Below are positions 20,301-29,708 of a DNA stretch of 64,000 nucleotides, one piece after another. The DNA comes from Nitrospirota bacterium (GTDB taxonomy: Bacteria > Nitrospirota > Nitrospiria > 2-01-FULL-66-17): the NCBI GenBank assembly GCA_049325335.1, contig JBMOMC010000001.1, positions 500,193 through 564,192 of the forward strand, written 5' to 3'. The notes under the pieces are model-generated. The model worked only from the letters and a program-made list of their open reading frames with translations. It had not been told where the DNA came from and searched no databases. The stretch's first letter is position 1. The number at the start of each line of letters is the position of its first letter. Both the position numbers and the translations under genes were made by a program.

Positions 20301-20454
20301 TATACACGGTACGCACCGAGACGATCGGCGCGTCGATACTCGGGTACTCCCGAACCGCCAAACGCGTATACGAGATGACGCCGATCAAGATCAGCATCAC
20401 GCTCATCACGGTCGCGAGGACCGGCCGGCGGATGGAAAGTTCGGGGAGAAACAC
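17332..20454 (-). CDS. RND efflux permease (AcrB/MdtB family)
   Basis: 1040 aa; 'SIRRPV', 'GLVVDDAIV', 'KNGILIVEFA', 'RLRPILMT'. Confidence 0.95.
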   Translation of the reverse strand: MFLPELSIRRPVLATVMSVMLILIGVISYTRLAVREYPSIDAPIVSVRTVYIGASAEVVESQISQPLEDSLAGIEGIRTIKSVSREEVSQITVEFTLERDIDVAANDVRDRVARARGRLPEEADEPVIAKVEADAFPVIWVAFSSDRHSPLEITDYADRVVRDRLQTLPGVASVIIGGERRYAMRLWLDRERLAAYGLTPQEVETALRRQNVQVPSGRIESRQREFTVLTETDLRTPEEFNNLIIRQVNHYPVRLRDVGYAELGAADDRNAVRVNGNPAVGLGVVKQSNANTLAVAKGVKAELPGLRAALPEGMTLQIGFDSSIFIDESIQSVFEALAEALALVVLVIFYFLRSARATLIPFVTIPVSLVGAFIFVYALGFSVNVLTLLALVLAIGLVVDDAIVMLENIYRRIERGMAPWQAAVEGSREIAFAVLAMTVTVAAVFVPVAFMTGTTGRLFREFALTVSAAVVVSGFVALTLTPMMCAKLLRHERQHGRVYGMIERGLERLNAGYRGLLTRSLDRRGVVVGLGLVAAGSIVLLFMTLKAELSPLEDRGTIIGVLLAPEGATMAYTDGYARRVETLYSQVPEIRTFFMVVAPGLERPNPVTSALSFVSLKPWSERERKQQAIVGELMPKMFGLPGVLAFAINPPSLGQSFRNPPVMFVVQGNTYPELQTMVETLMAKVREFPGLINADTDLKLNKPQFAVHVDRDKTSDVGVEVETVGRTLETLLGGRQVTRFKREGEQYDVIVKVADKDRTTPEDLTAIYVRGNDDRLVQLANLVRVDETVAPKELNHFNRLRAATITANLAPGVALGDALAFLDQAARDVLPPGSQTALDGQSREFKESGASMYVAFALALIFLYLVLAAQFESFIDPFIIMLSVPLAVAGALLSLKLTGNTLNVYSQIGMVMLVGLIAKNGILIVEFANQLQDRGRAVREAVIEAASLRLRPILMTTAAMILGSVPLALAHGAGGESRQQIGWVIVGGLLLGTLLTLFVIPTAYTVLSRRRTGPGEPVDQDIEVRTLAGNGEGAGVGVQT

Positions 20455-20455
20455 G

Positions 20456-21574
20456 TTAACCCTTGGGCGGCGCAGCCCCCCCGGACGACTCCTGGGGCGA
20501 CCCCTGGTCTTGGTTAATCACGGTGACCGCGGCGCCGTCGCGGATCTTGGTCTGGCCGCCGACGACCACCAGATCCTCGGGACCAAGGCCGGAGACGATC
20601 TCCGCTTCACCGGCCGCGCGGCGACCGATCACCACTTTGACCCGCGCGGCCTTGCCGTCCAACACCCGGAACACAAACGCCTCGTCGCCGACGGGTACCA
20701 CCGCCTGTTCCGGCACCAACAGCGCACTCGCTCGTTCGCCGACGATCACGGCCACGCGCGCGAACATGCCGGGCAACAGTTCGCCGCGCGGGTTGGGGAT
20801 CCGCGCGCGCACCAGCGCGGTTCGGGTGGCCTCGTCCAGTCGCGGGTCCATCGCCGCGATCGCCCCGGAAAACGCGCGCCCTGGGATCGCGTCAACGCGC
20901 AGGGCCACGGATTGCCCGACCGCCACCTGATTCACCCGGGCTTCCGGAACTCGAAAATCGACTTTGACCGTGGACACGTCCTCCAGGTTGACCACCGCCT
21001 GCCCCGGTTGGACGTAATCGCCGGGACTGACCTGGCGCAAGCCCAGTTTTCCGCCAAACGGCGCGCGGATGGTGGCCTTGTTGAGCCGCTCACGCGCCCC
21101 CGCCAACCCCGCCTCCGCGTCTTTGAGCTTGGAGGACAGTTCGTCGAACGCCTGCGGGCTGAGCAGCTTCTCCGCCCGCATCGGCTCGGCCCGCTCCACG
21201 TTCGCCCGCGCCAATTCGAGCGCGGCTTCGTGCTGCACCGCTTGCGCGGCCAGTTCCGCAGCGTCCAACCGCACGAGCACGTCGCCGGTTTTGACCGAAC
21301 GCCCCTCGGTAAATTCGATGCCCACGATCCGGCCCGCGATCTCCGCGCGAATGATCACCGACTCATTGGCCAACAACGAGCCCACGGCGCCGATTTCCTG
21401 CGCGACCGGTCCCACCCGCACGCGCGCGGCCTCAACCGGCATGGGCGGCATCCCGCCCGGAGGACCTCCGGCGCCGGGCGCACCGCCGGGGCGTTGCGCG
21501 TACACCGCCCACGCCGAACCCGCCAGCACGATCGCGGCCGCCACGGCAAACCGCGTACGCGTGATCGCCGTCAC
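20456..21574 (-). CDS. RND periplasmic adaptor (MFP)
   Basis: 'IRAPFGG', 'LLPGMFARV', 'VPEQAV'; GTG start overlapping tolC stop. Confidence 0.9.
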   Translation of the reverse strand: MTAITRTRFAVAAAIVLAGSAWAVYAQRPGGAPGAGGPPGGMPPMPVEAARVRVGPVAQEIGAVGSLLANESVIIRAEIAGRIVGIEFTEGRSVKTGDVLVRLDAAELAAQAVQHEAALELARANVERAEPMRAEKLLSPQAFDELSSKLKDAEAGLAGARERLNKATIRAPFGGKLGLRQVSPGDYVQPGQAVVNLEDVSTVKVDFRVPEARVNQVAVGQSVALRVDAIPGRAFSGAIAAMDPRLDEATRTALVRARIPNPRGELLPGMFARVAVIVGERASALLVPEQAVVPVGDEAFVFRVLDGKAARVKVVIGRRAAGEAEIVSGLGPEDLVVVGGQTKIRDGAAVTVINQDQGSPQESSGGAAPPKG

Positions 21575-22890
21575 ATGGACTCCTTGGGCATGGCGGCTTC
21601 GGCTTCGCTCAGAAACCGACCCACGCTTCGCTGCAATTCCAGAATCGCTAGGTGTTGGTCGTACGTTGCGCCGATCACGTCGCGTTCGGCTTCGATCAAC
21701 GCTTGATTCGCGTCCAACACGTCCAAGTTGGTGGCCAATCCGAACGTAAACTGTTTGGAAACCATCTGATAGTTCTTCGCGGCGAACCGTCGCTGCTCGA
21801 GCCGCGACTCCAGCGCCCTGGTCACCGCGTCGAGGGTCCCGCGCGCGCGCGTCACGTCCAGATCCACTTGTTTTGCGAGCTTGGCCGTGGCCAGTTGACC
21901 CTGCTCCAACCGCGCGCGCGCCTGCCGCAGTTCGGCGCGCCGGAGGCCGCCGTCGAACAACGGGAACTCCAGGCGAGCGCCCACCGCCCAACTCTGATCG
22001 AGGAAAAAGGGCGATTCCGGATTCTGGCCGCGTTTGAACAGCGTGCCTTCCGCAGTCAGCGTCGGGAACAGGTTGGCGCGCGCGAACGCCACCCGGTCTT
22101 GCCCGATCCGCTCTTGAAGCCTGCTCTTGAGCAGTTCCTCGCGCGCGTCCTGCGCCACGGTTCGTAAGTGTTCCACGGCCTCGTCCGCGATGCGCGGCAA
22201 CGGCGGATCAGCAACCTCCACCGGATCGGGAAGCCCGGTGAGCAATTGCAGTTCGCGCCCGGCGATCGCGCGGTCATTCTGGCGCGCGACCAACTCCGCT
22301 TTGGCGCCAGCCAGTTCCGCCTCGGCGCGCAACAAGATGGATTCGGTCACCTCCCCCACCTTGTAACGCAACTCAGACAGACGGCGGTGTTCGGTCAACC
22401 GCTCGACGTTGTGGGTTTGAATCTCCACATTCTTTTGGGCGCGCAACGCGTCGTAAAAAACCTGCGCCACGCGAAGCAAGACCGCTTCCCGGGAAAGCCG
22501 CAAGTCCGCGCCCGCCACGCCCACGCCTTGCTTCGCGATCCGCAATCCCGCGCTGTTTTTCCCGCCCGCGTACAAGGCTTGTTCGAGCGTGGCTTCCGCG
22601 CTGTAGCTGTCGCGAGGTTGGATAATGCCGATCGGCCCGCTCTCTTCCGGATATCGCCAGTAGGTGCCCCGCACCGTCAACTGCGGCAGCACCGTGGACC
22701 GGGCGCGCCGGATCTCCTCTTCGGCTTGACGCACGCTGTGTTCCCCGATCCGCACGTCCTCGCTGCGCTCGAGCGCCAACGTATAGGCTTGGCCCAACGT
22801 GGTCGGCGCCGCGCCCACACCCGCGGGGAGCCCCAGCCACCCGAGAGCGAGCAGTACGATCGGGGTCATGGTGTTGATGTCACGGTTCAT
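21571..22890 (-). CDS. TolC-family outer membrane efflux protein
   Basis: Signal peptide; 'LPQL', 'PLFDGG', 'LDVLDA' OEP repeats; GGAG RBS before ATG 22890. Confidence 0.9.
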   Translation of the reverse strand: MNRDINTMTPIVLLALGWLGLPAGVGAAPTTLGQAYTLALERSEDVRIGEHSVRQAEEEIRRARSTVLPQLTVRGTYWRYPEESGPIGIIQPRDSYSAEATLEQALYAGGKNSAGLRIAKQGVGVAGADLRLSREAVLLRVAQVFYDALRAQKNVEIQTHNVERLTEHRRLSELRYKVGEVTESILLRAEAELAGAKAELVARQNDRAIAGRELQLLTGLPDPVEVADPPLPRIADEAVEHLRTVAQDAREELLKSRLQERIGQDRVAFARANLFPTLTAEGTLFKRGQNPESPFFLDQSWAVGARLEFPLFDGGLRRAELRQARARLEQGQLATAKLAKQVDLDVTRARGTLDAVTRALESRLEQRRFAAKNYQMVSKQFTFGLATNLDVLDANQALIEAERDVIGATYDQHLAILELQRSVGRFLSEAEAAMPKESM

Positions 22891-22949
22891 TGATCGCTCC
22901 TTCTCTGATCCCGCAGCGGACCTATCACACGGCCAGCCTGATGACGCGT

Positions 22950-24350
22950 TCACCGTCCGCGTTTGGATCGTACCACGATGCGAATCGGCGTGCCGCGAAA
23001 GCCGAACCGCCGGCGCAGGGCGTTTTCCAGATACCGCCGGTAGTGCGCGGACACGGCCTTGGCGTCGTTCGCGAACACCACGAACGTGGGCGGCTTCACG
23101 CCCGCCTGCGTGATGTAGTTGAGGCGCACGGCGCGGCCCTTGGACAGGGGCGGCGGGTGATCGCGCACCACCCCGTCGAAAAAACGATTCAGATCCCCGG
23201 TGGTCACGCGCGTGGTGTAGGCCGCGATGACCTCGTCGATCGCGGCAAAGAGTTGGCCCACGCCCGTGCCTTTGAGCGCGGAGAGAAAGACCACCGGCGC
23301 GTGTTCCAGGAACGTGAACCGCCGCGTGATTTCGGGCAGAAACGCGGCGCGTTCGGCCTCGCCGCGGGGCTTGAGATCCCACTTGTTGATCACGAGCACA
23401 CACGCGCGGCCAGCGGCCAGCGCTTCGCCCACGATTTTGGTTTCCTGCTCGACCACGCCCTCGATCGCGTCGATGAGCACCACCACCGCATCGGTTCGGG
23501 ACAGGGTGTCGCGCGTGCGCTCCACGCTGAAGTGCTCCACCCCTCGGCTGACCTTGCCGCGGCGCCGCAACCCCGCGGTGTCGATGAAGCGATACACTTT
23601 CCCGTTGCGCTCGATCAGGCTGTCGATGGTGTCGCGGGTGGTGCCGGGCACGTCGCTGGTCACCAAACGCTCTTCGCCCAGCAACGTGTTGATCAACGTG
23701 GATTTGCCCACGTTCGGCCGCCCCAGCACCACGACCCGCGGGATGGTCTCGGCTTGCGGCGGCTCGACCACGCGGTCCTGCTTGGGAATCGCGGCTTCGA
23801 GCAGATCGTCCACGCCGTAGCCGTGCTCCGCAGACAGCGGGAACAGCTTCTCGACTCCGAGCCGGTAGAAGTCGATGATCTTGGCGTCGTGTTTGGGACC
23901 GTCGACCTTGTTGACCGCGTACCACACGGGCTTGCGGACCTTGCGCAGCCGCTCGGCAATGTCCAGATCGATCGGGGTCAATCCCTCCCGCCCGTCCATC
24001 AGATACACGATGACGTCGGCTTCTTCGATCGCCAGATCGGTCTGGCGCTGCACCTCGGCCAACAGCCGCGCAGTCCCAGACAACGGGGACAGGCTACTTT
24101 TTGGGTCAGACGCTGTTGCTGGAACCGTCGCCTGTTCCCTTTGCTCGCCGGTGATCCCGCCCGTGTCGATCAGCGTGAACCGGTTCCCACAATACTCCAC
24201 CGGGTAATAGTTGCGATCGCGCGTCACCCCGGGTTCGTCCTGCACAATGGCCACGCGGTGTCCGATCAGGCGGTTGAACAACGTGGACTTGCCCACGTTG
24301 GGCCGGCCGATGAACGCCACATACGGATGGGGGTAGAGGTCGCGCGCCAT
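22950..24350 (-). CDS. der: Ribosome biogenesis GTPase Der (EngA)
   Basis: Two GRPNVGKST G-domains, DTGG/DTAG, NKVD/NKWD, 'FGFRGTPIRI'. Confidence 0.97.
   Translation of the reverse strand: MARDLYPHPYVAFIGRPNVGKSTLFNRLIGHRVAIVQDEPGVTRDRNYYPVEYCGNRFTLIDTGGITGEQREQATVPATASDPKSSLSPLSGTARLLAEVQRQTDLAIEEADVIVYLMDGREGLTPIDLDIAERLRKVRKPVWYAVNKVDGPKHDAKIIDFYRLGVEKLFPLSAEHGYGVDDLLEAAIPKQDRVVEPPQAETIPRVVVLGRPNVGKSTLINTLLGEERLVTSDVPGTTRDTIDSLIERNGKVYRFIDTAGLRRRGKVSRGVEHFSVERTRDTLSRTDAVVVLIDAIEGVVEQETKIVGEALAAGRACVLVINKWDLKPRGEAERAAFLPEITRRFTFLEHAPVVFLSALKGTGVGQLFAAIDEVIAAYTTRVTTGDLNRFFDGVVRDHPPPLSKGRAVRLNYITQAGVKPPTFVVFANDAKAVSAHYRRYLENALRRRFGFRGTPIRIVVRSKRGR
24082..24142. repeat. Imperfect palindrome inserted in frame within der
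   Basis: GGGGACAGGCTACTTTT vs reverse complement GGGAACAGGCGACGGTT (13/17); coincides with an apparent ~20 aa insertion after DTGG. Confidence 0.5.
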
Positions 24351-24356
24351 GCTGGG

Positions 24357-26309
24357 TCAACAACCCGGATCGGTCGGCAGTGAATACACTTCCGGGCCTG
24401 AAAGCTCGGTGGAACGGTACGGCCGCTTCTGGACCAGGTAGCCGTACCACTGCCTCGCCGAGTCCACGAGGATCACCACCGCGAGGATCGCCACCACGGC
24501 CACGAGGGCGGCGTCCAGCCGGAAGTTGAACACGGCGTTGGCCGTGGTCGCGGCCGTGGCCTTGGCCGAGAATACGTTAAAGAGTTGCCAGGACGCGGTC
24601 AGCGTGATGGTCCCGACAAAGAGCATCGGCACCACCGTGATCCAGATGTGCCAAGGTTTGCCCATCTTGATGAGCAAGGTCGTGCCCACGCACAAGGCCA
24701 GTGTGCCCAAAAGCTGGTTGGCCGCCCCGAACATCGGCCAGATCGTGGCGATGGTGCCGTTGGCGATGAGATAGCCCCAGGCCGCCACCACCAGGCCGCT
24801 CGACAGCATCGCCCCCGGCGTCCAATTCAGATCCGCGAAGCGCGGCCATGCGGTGCGCCCCATCTCTTGGATCAAATAGCGCGCCACGCGCGTACCCGCG
24901 TCAATGGTGGTGAGAATAAACAACGCCTCAAAAAGCAACGCGAATTGATACCAGTAGGCAATCAGCCCCCGCAATCCCGGCACCGCCGCGAAAATCGACG
25001 CCATACCCACGGCGAGCGACACCGCGCCCCCGGGTCGACCTTCCACGTTGGTTTCAACCATGCGCGAGAACTCCCCCACTTCCACCGGCGCAAACCCCAA
25101 CGCGGTCAGTTGCTCGGGCGGCAATGTGGTGTTGATCGCAAAATAGTCGCCGGGGATGAGGATCGTGGCCGCGATCAGCGCCATCACCCCGACAAAACTC
25201 TCCATGAGCATGGCGCCGTACCCGACCAACGCGTGCCCCTCGCGCTCGATCATTTTGGGCGTGGTGCCGGAACACACCAGCGAGTGGAACCCGGAGATCG
25301 CGCCGCACGCGATGGTGATAAACACGAAGGGAAACAACGTGCCCGGGATGATAGGTCCGCCGCCCGCCACGAACGCAGTGGTCGCGGGCATCTGGATCTC
25401 CGGCGCCATGGCCACCACCCCGGCCGCGAGCAGGATCACCACGCCCACCTTCATAAACGACGAGAGATAATCGCGCGGCGCCAGCAGCAGCCAGACCGGC
25501 AACACCGACGCCAAGAACCCGTACCCCGCGAGCCACCACACCAGACTCTCGCGGCTCAGATCGAACAGACCTCCCAACGGCGTGGCTGCGAGGGGTCGGC
25601 CCAGAATCAACGCCGTAAGCAGCAAAGCCACGCCGATGATCGACACCTCGCCCACACGGCCCGGGCGCCAGCGCTGCAGGTACACGCCCATGAACAGGGC
25701 GATGGGCACCGTCAACGCCAGGGTCAACGTCCCCCACGGGTTGTGCGCGAGCGCGTTGACCACGGCCAACCCCAAACCCGCGAGCGCCACGACTACGATG
25801 AAGAGCACCGCGATCGCGGTGGCCAGCCCGGTGACCGCGCCCACTTCGTCGCGCGCGATCTGCGGGAGTGAGCGGCCGTTGCGGCGTAACGACCCGACCA
25901 GGATCACGAAGTCCTGCACCGCGCCCGCGACCACCGCGCCGATGACCAACCAGAGAAACCCCGGCAAATACCCGAACTGCGCGGCCAGCACCGGCCCCAA
26001 TAAGGGCCCCGCGCCCGCGATCGCGGCAAAGTGGTGTCCGAACAAGACGAACCGGTGCGTGGGATGGAAGTTCTTCCCGTCGTTGAGCCGGTGCGCGGGC
26101 GTGATCCGACGGTTGTCGAGGCCCACCACCCGCCCCAAGAACCTGCCGTAGAACCGAAACGCGAGGACGTAAAAACACGAAGCCGCCACCACCAACCAGA
26201 GCGCGTTGACGTTCTCTTCCGGACGCACCAATCCGGTCACGAACGCAAACGCAATTGCGCATAGAACCGCAATCGCGGCCCAGAATACGTGTGTGAGAAT
26301 GGCAGGCAT
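24357..26309 (-). CDS. cstA: Carbon starvation protein A (peptide/pyruvate transporter)
   Basis: 'FGHHFAAIAGAGPLLGP', 'PRDYLSSF', 'IACGAISGFH', 'WPMFGAANQLL'. Confidence 0.95.
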   Translation of the reverse strand: MPAILTHVFWAAIAVLCAIAFAFVTGLVRPEENVNALWLVVAASCFYVLAFRFYGRFLGRVVGLDNRRITPAHRLNDGKNFHPTHRFVLFGHHFAAIAGAGPLLGPVLAAQFGYLPGFLWLVIGAVVAGAVQDFVILVGSLRRNGRSLPQIARDEVGAVTGLATAIAVLFIVVVALAGLGLAVVNALAHNPWGTLTLALTVPIALFMGVYLQRWRPGRVGEVSIIGVALLLTALILGRPLAATPLGGLFDLSRESLVWWLAGYGFLASVLPVWLLLAPRDYLSSFMKVGVVILLAAGVVAMAPEIQMPATTAFVAGGGPIIPGTLFPFVFITIACGAISGFHSLVCSGTTPKMIEREGHALVGYGAMLMESFVGVMALIAATILIPGDYFAINTTLPPEQLTALGFAPVEVGEFSRMVETNVEGRPGGAVSLAVGMASIFAAVPGLRGLIAYWYQFALLFEALFILTTIDAGTRVARYLIQEMGRTAWPRFADLNWTPGAMLSSGLVVAAWGYLIANGTIATIWPMFGAANQLLGTLALCVGTTLLIKMGKPWHIWITVVPMLFVGTITLTASWQLFNVFSAKATAATTANAVFNFRLDAALVAVVAILAVVILVDSARQWYGYLVQKRPYRSTELSGPEVYSLPTDPGC

Positions 26310-26400
26310 GTAACTCGTGATGGTAGCGGACGGGTCAGCGCAAAGTCAAAACAAACCTCGTTTTCCGCCGGTTTGACGCGCCTCACCGCCGCGTGCTAGC

Positions 26401-26943
26401 GTGCCGTTCGGAACGGCGAGGGGTATCACGGTGAGACTGGTTCGCCTGGTGACGTTTCTCGCGACCATTGCATGGTCCGCCACGCTCGTGGCCGGGGAAC
26501 CGCTCGCTCAGACCATTCGGTTCGACGTCACGGATCCGCGCGATGAGATCACCCGGGACATCGACGCGGCGCTCATGCTCCGGGTGGTGCGCGTCCGACA
26601 CGAACGGGGTTCGCGCGTCGGCTGGGAAGTTCAGGTCGTGGAGCGGGCCCGTCTCAACCGCAGGAACAACCTGTTACGCGACCACCCATCCTCCGGCGGC
26701 CCGCACCCATCCGACGTCCTGGCTTGGCTCAGCCGCGAGCGCCGGTTCCCGGATGATCGGACCTTGCGCATTCCGGGCCAACCGTACGAGATCCGAATTC
26801 GCCTGATCGACTGCCGCACCGAACAAATCGGCGACGACGCCTCCTTCGTGTCGGGAACCATCGAGATCAGTTGGCGCCGCCTGGATCTGGCCGGCGCGTG
26901 GGCACTCCAAAAGCTTAGCTCTGTTATTGACCAATCGTTCTAA
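26401..26943 (+). CDS. Hypothetical exported protein
   Basis: 180 aa ORF with signal-peptide-like N-terminus; no recognised motif; start uncertain. Confidence 0.5.
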   Translation: MPFGTARGITVRLVRLVTFLATIAWSATLVAGEPLAQTIRFDVTDPRDEITRDIDAALMLRVVRVRHERGSRVGWEVQVVERARLNRRNNLLRDHPSSGGPHPSDVLAWLSRERRFPDDRTLRIPGQPYEIRIRLIDCRTEQIGDDASFVSGTIEISWRRLDLAGAWALQKLSSVIDQSF

Positions 26944-26956
26944 TACGTGGTATACG
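26927..26956 (+). promoter_or_regulatory. Promoter overlapping a NemR-like TetR operator
   Basis: TTGACC-AATC-GTTCTA quasi-palindrome (cf. TAGACC-N4-GGTCTA) over -35; TG-G-TATACG extended -10. Confidence 0.5.
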
Positions 26957-26978
26957 TGCGCGTCCCCAGAGCCGTTGT

Positions 26979-27563
26979 ATGCCGCGCCCCAAAAAATTTA
27001 ATTCTGACGAAGCGATCGAGAAGGCGATGCACGTCTTCTGGCACAGGGGCTACGAAGCCGCGTCGATCGAAGACTTGCTGGACGCCATGGACATCAATCG
27101 CGGCTCGCTCTACGCCACGTTCGGCAGCAAACGCGACCTGTTCCTGAAGGCGATGGACCACTACTGCGGCGAAGGCGGCGTGGGCAATCGGTTTTCCATC
27201 CTGCAGCAACCTGGGCCGGCAATGCCTCTGGTCCGCCAGTTTGTTGATGCCATAGCGGATTTCGTCCTGTCCGATCCTCTGCGCCGCGGCTGCCTAATCA
27301 CCAACACGGTGATGGAACTGGCCCCGCACGACAAGAACATCGGCAAGAAAGTCTCGGGACGAGTCCATATGCTGGAAAATGCCTTCTTCAAGCTGCTCAT
27401 GCGTGCACAGCGGGAGGGCGACCTAAGCAAAGACAAAGACCCGCTTGCGTTGGCGCGCGTGCTGCTCACGATGATGCAGGGCATGATCGTGATGGTCAAA
27501 GCCGGCACACCGACCGCCGTGGTGAGGCAGACCGTCAAGACGGCGCTCTCGATCCTGGAGTGA
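26979..27563 (+). CDS. TetR/AcrR family regulator (NemR/ComR-like)
   Basis: 'MPRPKKF...FWHRGYEAASIEDL...GSLYATFGSKRDLF'; 'RGCLITN'. Confidence 0.93.
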   Translation: MPRPKKFNSDEAIEKAMHVFWHRGYEAASIEDLLDAMDINRGSLYATFGSKRDLFLKAMDHYCGEGGVGNRFSILQQPGPAMPLVRQFVDAIADFVLSDPLRRGCLITNTVMELAPHDKNIGKKVSGRVHMLENAFFKLLMRAQREGDLSKDKDPLALARVLLTMMQGMIVMVKAGTPTAVVRQTVKTALSILE

Positions 27564-27651
27564 ACGGCATCCATGAGCTGCTGGCAGGCCGAGAACGCGA
27601 TGGACGGAACGAGACCCGAGGCTGCCCTCGGAAGAAAGGAGACGCGCTCCG

Positions 27652-27939
27652 ATGTTTATCGTCCTGCTCAAATTTTCCGACAACAAAGGTCAAGCCAGCC
27701 AATTCATGGACGGACACAAAAAATGGATCACACGCGGTTTTGACGACGGCGTATTTTTGTTGGTCGGCAGCCTTCAGCCGAACTTGGGCGGTGGGATTGT
27801 AGCCCATAACATCTCGCGGCAGGATCTGCAGCAACGGGTGAACGACGACTCATTTGTCGCGCAGGACGTCGTGAGCGTAGACATTCTCGAAATTACGCCA
27901 TGGAACGCCGATGAACGACTCAAATTTCTACTCGCCTGA
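27652..27939 (+). CDS. YciI-family protein
   Basis: 'HKKWI...GVFLLVGSL...GGG' pattern; AAGGAG RBS. Confidence 0.8.
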   Translation: MFIVLLKFSDNKGQASQFMDGHKKWITRGFDDGVFLLVGSLQPNLGGGIVAHNISRQDLQQRVNDDSFVAQDVVSVDILEITPWNADERLKFLLA

Positions 27940-27977
27940 TTCGCGGCCGTCCGCTTTTCGATATCAGGACAACACGC

Positions 27978-28588
27978 ATGAGCACAACGTCACGGGTCCC
28001 GACGGCAACACGCGTTGCCGCTGGTGCGGCGCCGCACCGGAGTTCTTGGCTTATCACGATACCGGGTGGGGTTTTCCGGTCGACGATGATCGACGCTTAT
28101 TCGAGAAATTGAGTCTGGAGGGCTTTCAATCCGGACTGAGCTGGCGCACCATCCTCGCCAAGCGCGAGAACTTCCGCGCCGCGTTCCATGACTTCGATTT
28201 CGACCGGATCGCGCGTTTCACCCGGCACGACGTCGACCGTCTGCTCAAGGACGACGGGATCGTTCGTCACCGCGGCAAGATCGAGGCGGTCATCAACAAT
28301 GCGCAACGGGCCCAGGCACTCGTCAGACGGGAAGGCTCACTGGCAGCCTTCATCTGGCGTTACGAACCCGACATGACGCACCTCACGGAACCGGAGACCG
28401 CCTCGACCTCGGTGGAATCGCTGGCCCTGTCGAAGGATCTGAAAAGGCAAGGCTGGAAATTCGTCGGACCCACCACCGTGTATGCCTTCATGCAAGCCAT
28501 GGGGCTGGTCAACGATCATGTTGCGGACTGCGTGATCCGAGCCAAGGTCGAGCGCGCACGGAAGAATTTCAGGCGGCCGAGGAGCTGA
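27978..28588 (+). pseudogene. tag: DNA-3-methyladenine glycosylase I with apparent 1-bp deletion just after the start codon
   Basis: RCRWC, YHDTGWG, LEGFQSGLSW, VGPTTVYAFMQAMGLVNDH..C; RBS-ATG at 27978 is out of frame with the conserved body. Confidence 0.75.
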
Positions 28589-28608
28589 TCGCCGCGAGGA
28601 GGAGCACG

Positions 28609-29499
28609 ATGTATACGATCACGGGAGCAACTGGCAACACGGGAAGACGCATTGCCGAGGCGTTGTTAGACGGGGGGAGGCAGGTCCGCGTCGTGGGACG
28701 GAACATGGAGCGGCTCAAGGGCTTGGTCGCACGTGGCGCCGAGCCGTTTGTGGCGTCGCTGGACGACGTGGCCGCGATAACACGCGCGTTGCGGGGCGCT
28801 CGTGCAGCCTATCTGATGATTCCCCCTTCCTACGGCGAGCCAGATTTTCGCGCGTATCAAAATCGGGTGGGCCACGCCTTGGCGGAAGCGGTCTCGGCCG
28901 CGCGGGTTTTGCACGTCGTTAACCTCAGCAGCGTGGGGGCGCATCTGGCGGAACGGGTCGGGCCGATCAACGGGCTGCACGATCAGGAACAGCGCCTGAA
29001 CCGCCTTGCCGACGTGCATGTCCTGCACCTGCGTCCAGTGTCCTTTATGGAGAACGTGCTCTTCAACATCAACCTGATCAAACAGGCTGGGATCAACGGC
29101 ACGCCGTTACGGGCGGATTTGGCGATTCCCATGATCGCGGCTCAAGACATCGCCGCGGTCGCCGCTCGGCGTCTGCTCGCGCTCGATTTTTCCGGGAAGA
29201 CCACGAAGGAACTCCTTGGCCCCCGCGAAATATCGATGGCAGAAGCCACACACATCATCGGGAAGGCAATCGGGAAGCCTGATCTGCCCTACGTCCAATT
29301 TCCGTACGACGAAGCGGAAAAGGCGATGATCGGAACCGGGATGTCCCCGAACGTGGCGCGTGCGTTCGTTGAGATGTATCGGGCGTTCAACGAGGGACTC
29401 CTGCGCCAGACCGAGCCTCGCTCGGCGGCCAACACCACGCCCACATCGTTCGACGCGTTCGTCAGGACATTCGCCGCGGCATACGCCGCCAAGACCTAG
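28609..29499 (+). CDS. NmrA-like NAD(P)H-binding protein
   Basis: 'ITGATGNTG' Rossmann motif, 'LSSVGA', 'LRPVSFMEN'; GGAGGAG RBS. Confidence 0.9.
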   Translation: MYTITGATGNTGRRIAEALLDGGRQVRVVGRNMERLKGLVARGAEPFVASLDDVAAITRALRGARAAYLMIPPSYGEPDFRAYQNRVGHALAEAVSAARVLHVVNLSSVGAHLAERVGPINGLHDQEQRLNRLADVHVLHLRPVSFMENVLFNINLIKQAGINGTPLRADLAIPMIAAQDIAAVAARRLLALDFSGKTTKELLGPREISMAEATHIIGKAIGKPDLPYVQFPYDEAEKAMIGTGMSPNVARAFVEMYRAFNEGLLRQTEPRSAANTTPTSFDAFVRTFAAAYAAKT

Positions 29500-29537
29500 C
29501 CACCGTTCTGGTCGTCATGGTCAGGGGAAACAGACCG

Positions 29538-29562
29538 GCCGTGACGCCTCCGGCGTCACGGC
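29538..29562. repeat. Perfect 11-bp hairpin between convergent genes (REP-like or terminator)
   Basis: GCCGTGACGCC-TCC-GGCGTCACGGC. Confidence 0.55.
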
Positions 29563-29708
29563 TTGCGCCGACCGATCGAGAGTAGCGTCCTCTTCTTTCC
29601 GATATCGTGTGATGTCCGTGCGCGCAGCTCCTCAACAAACGCCGATCGGCTACCGTATCCGTTGTCGAAACACTGAGCTCTAACTTCGTGGGCTCGGAGC
29701 GGATGTTC

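Noticed and set aside
21571..23925. 784-aa TolC fusion in the ORF track
   Set aside because: Upstream part is an alternative frame over der; the true start with RBS and signal peptide is 22890
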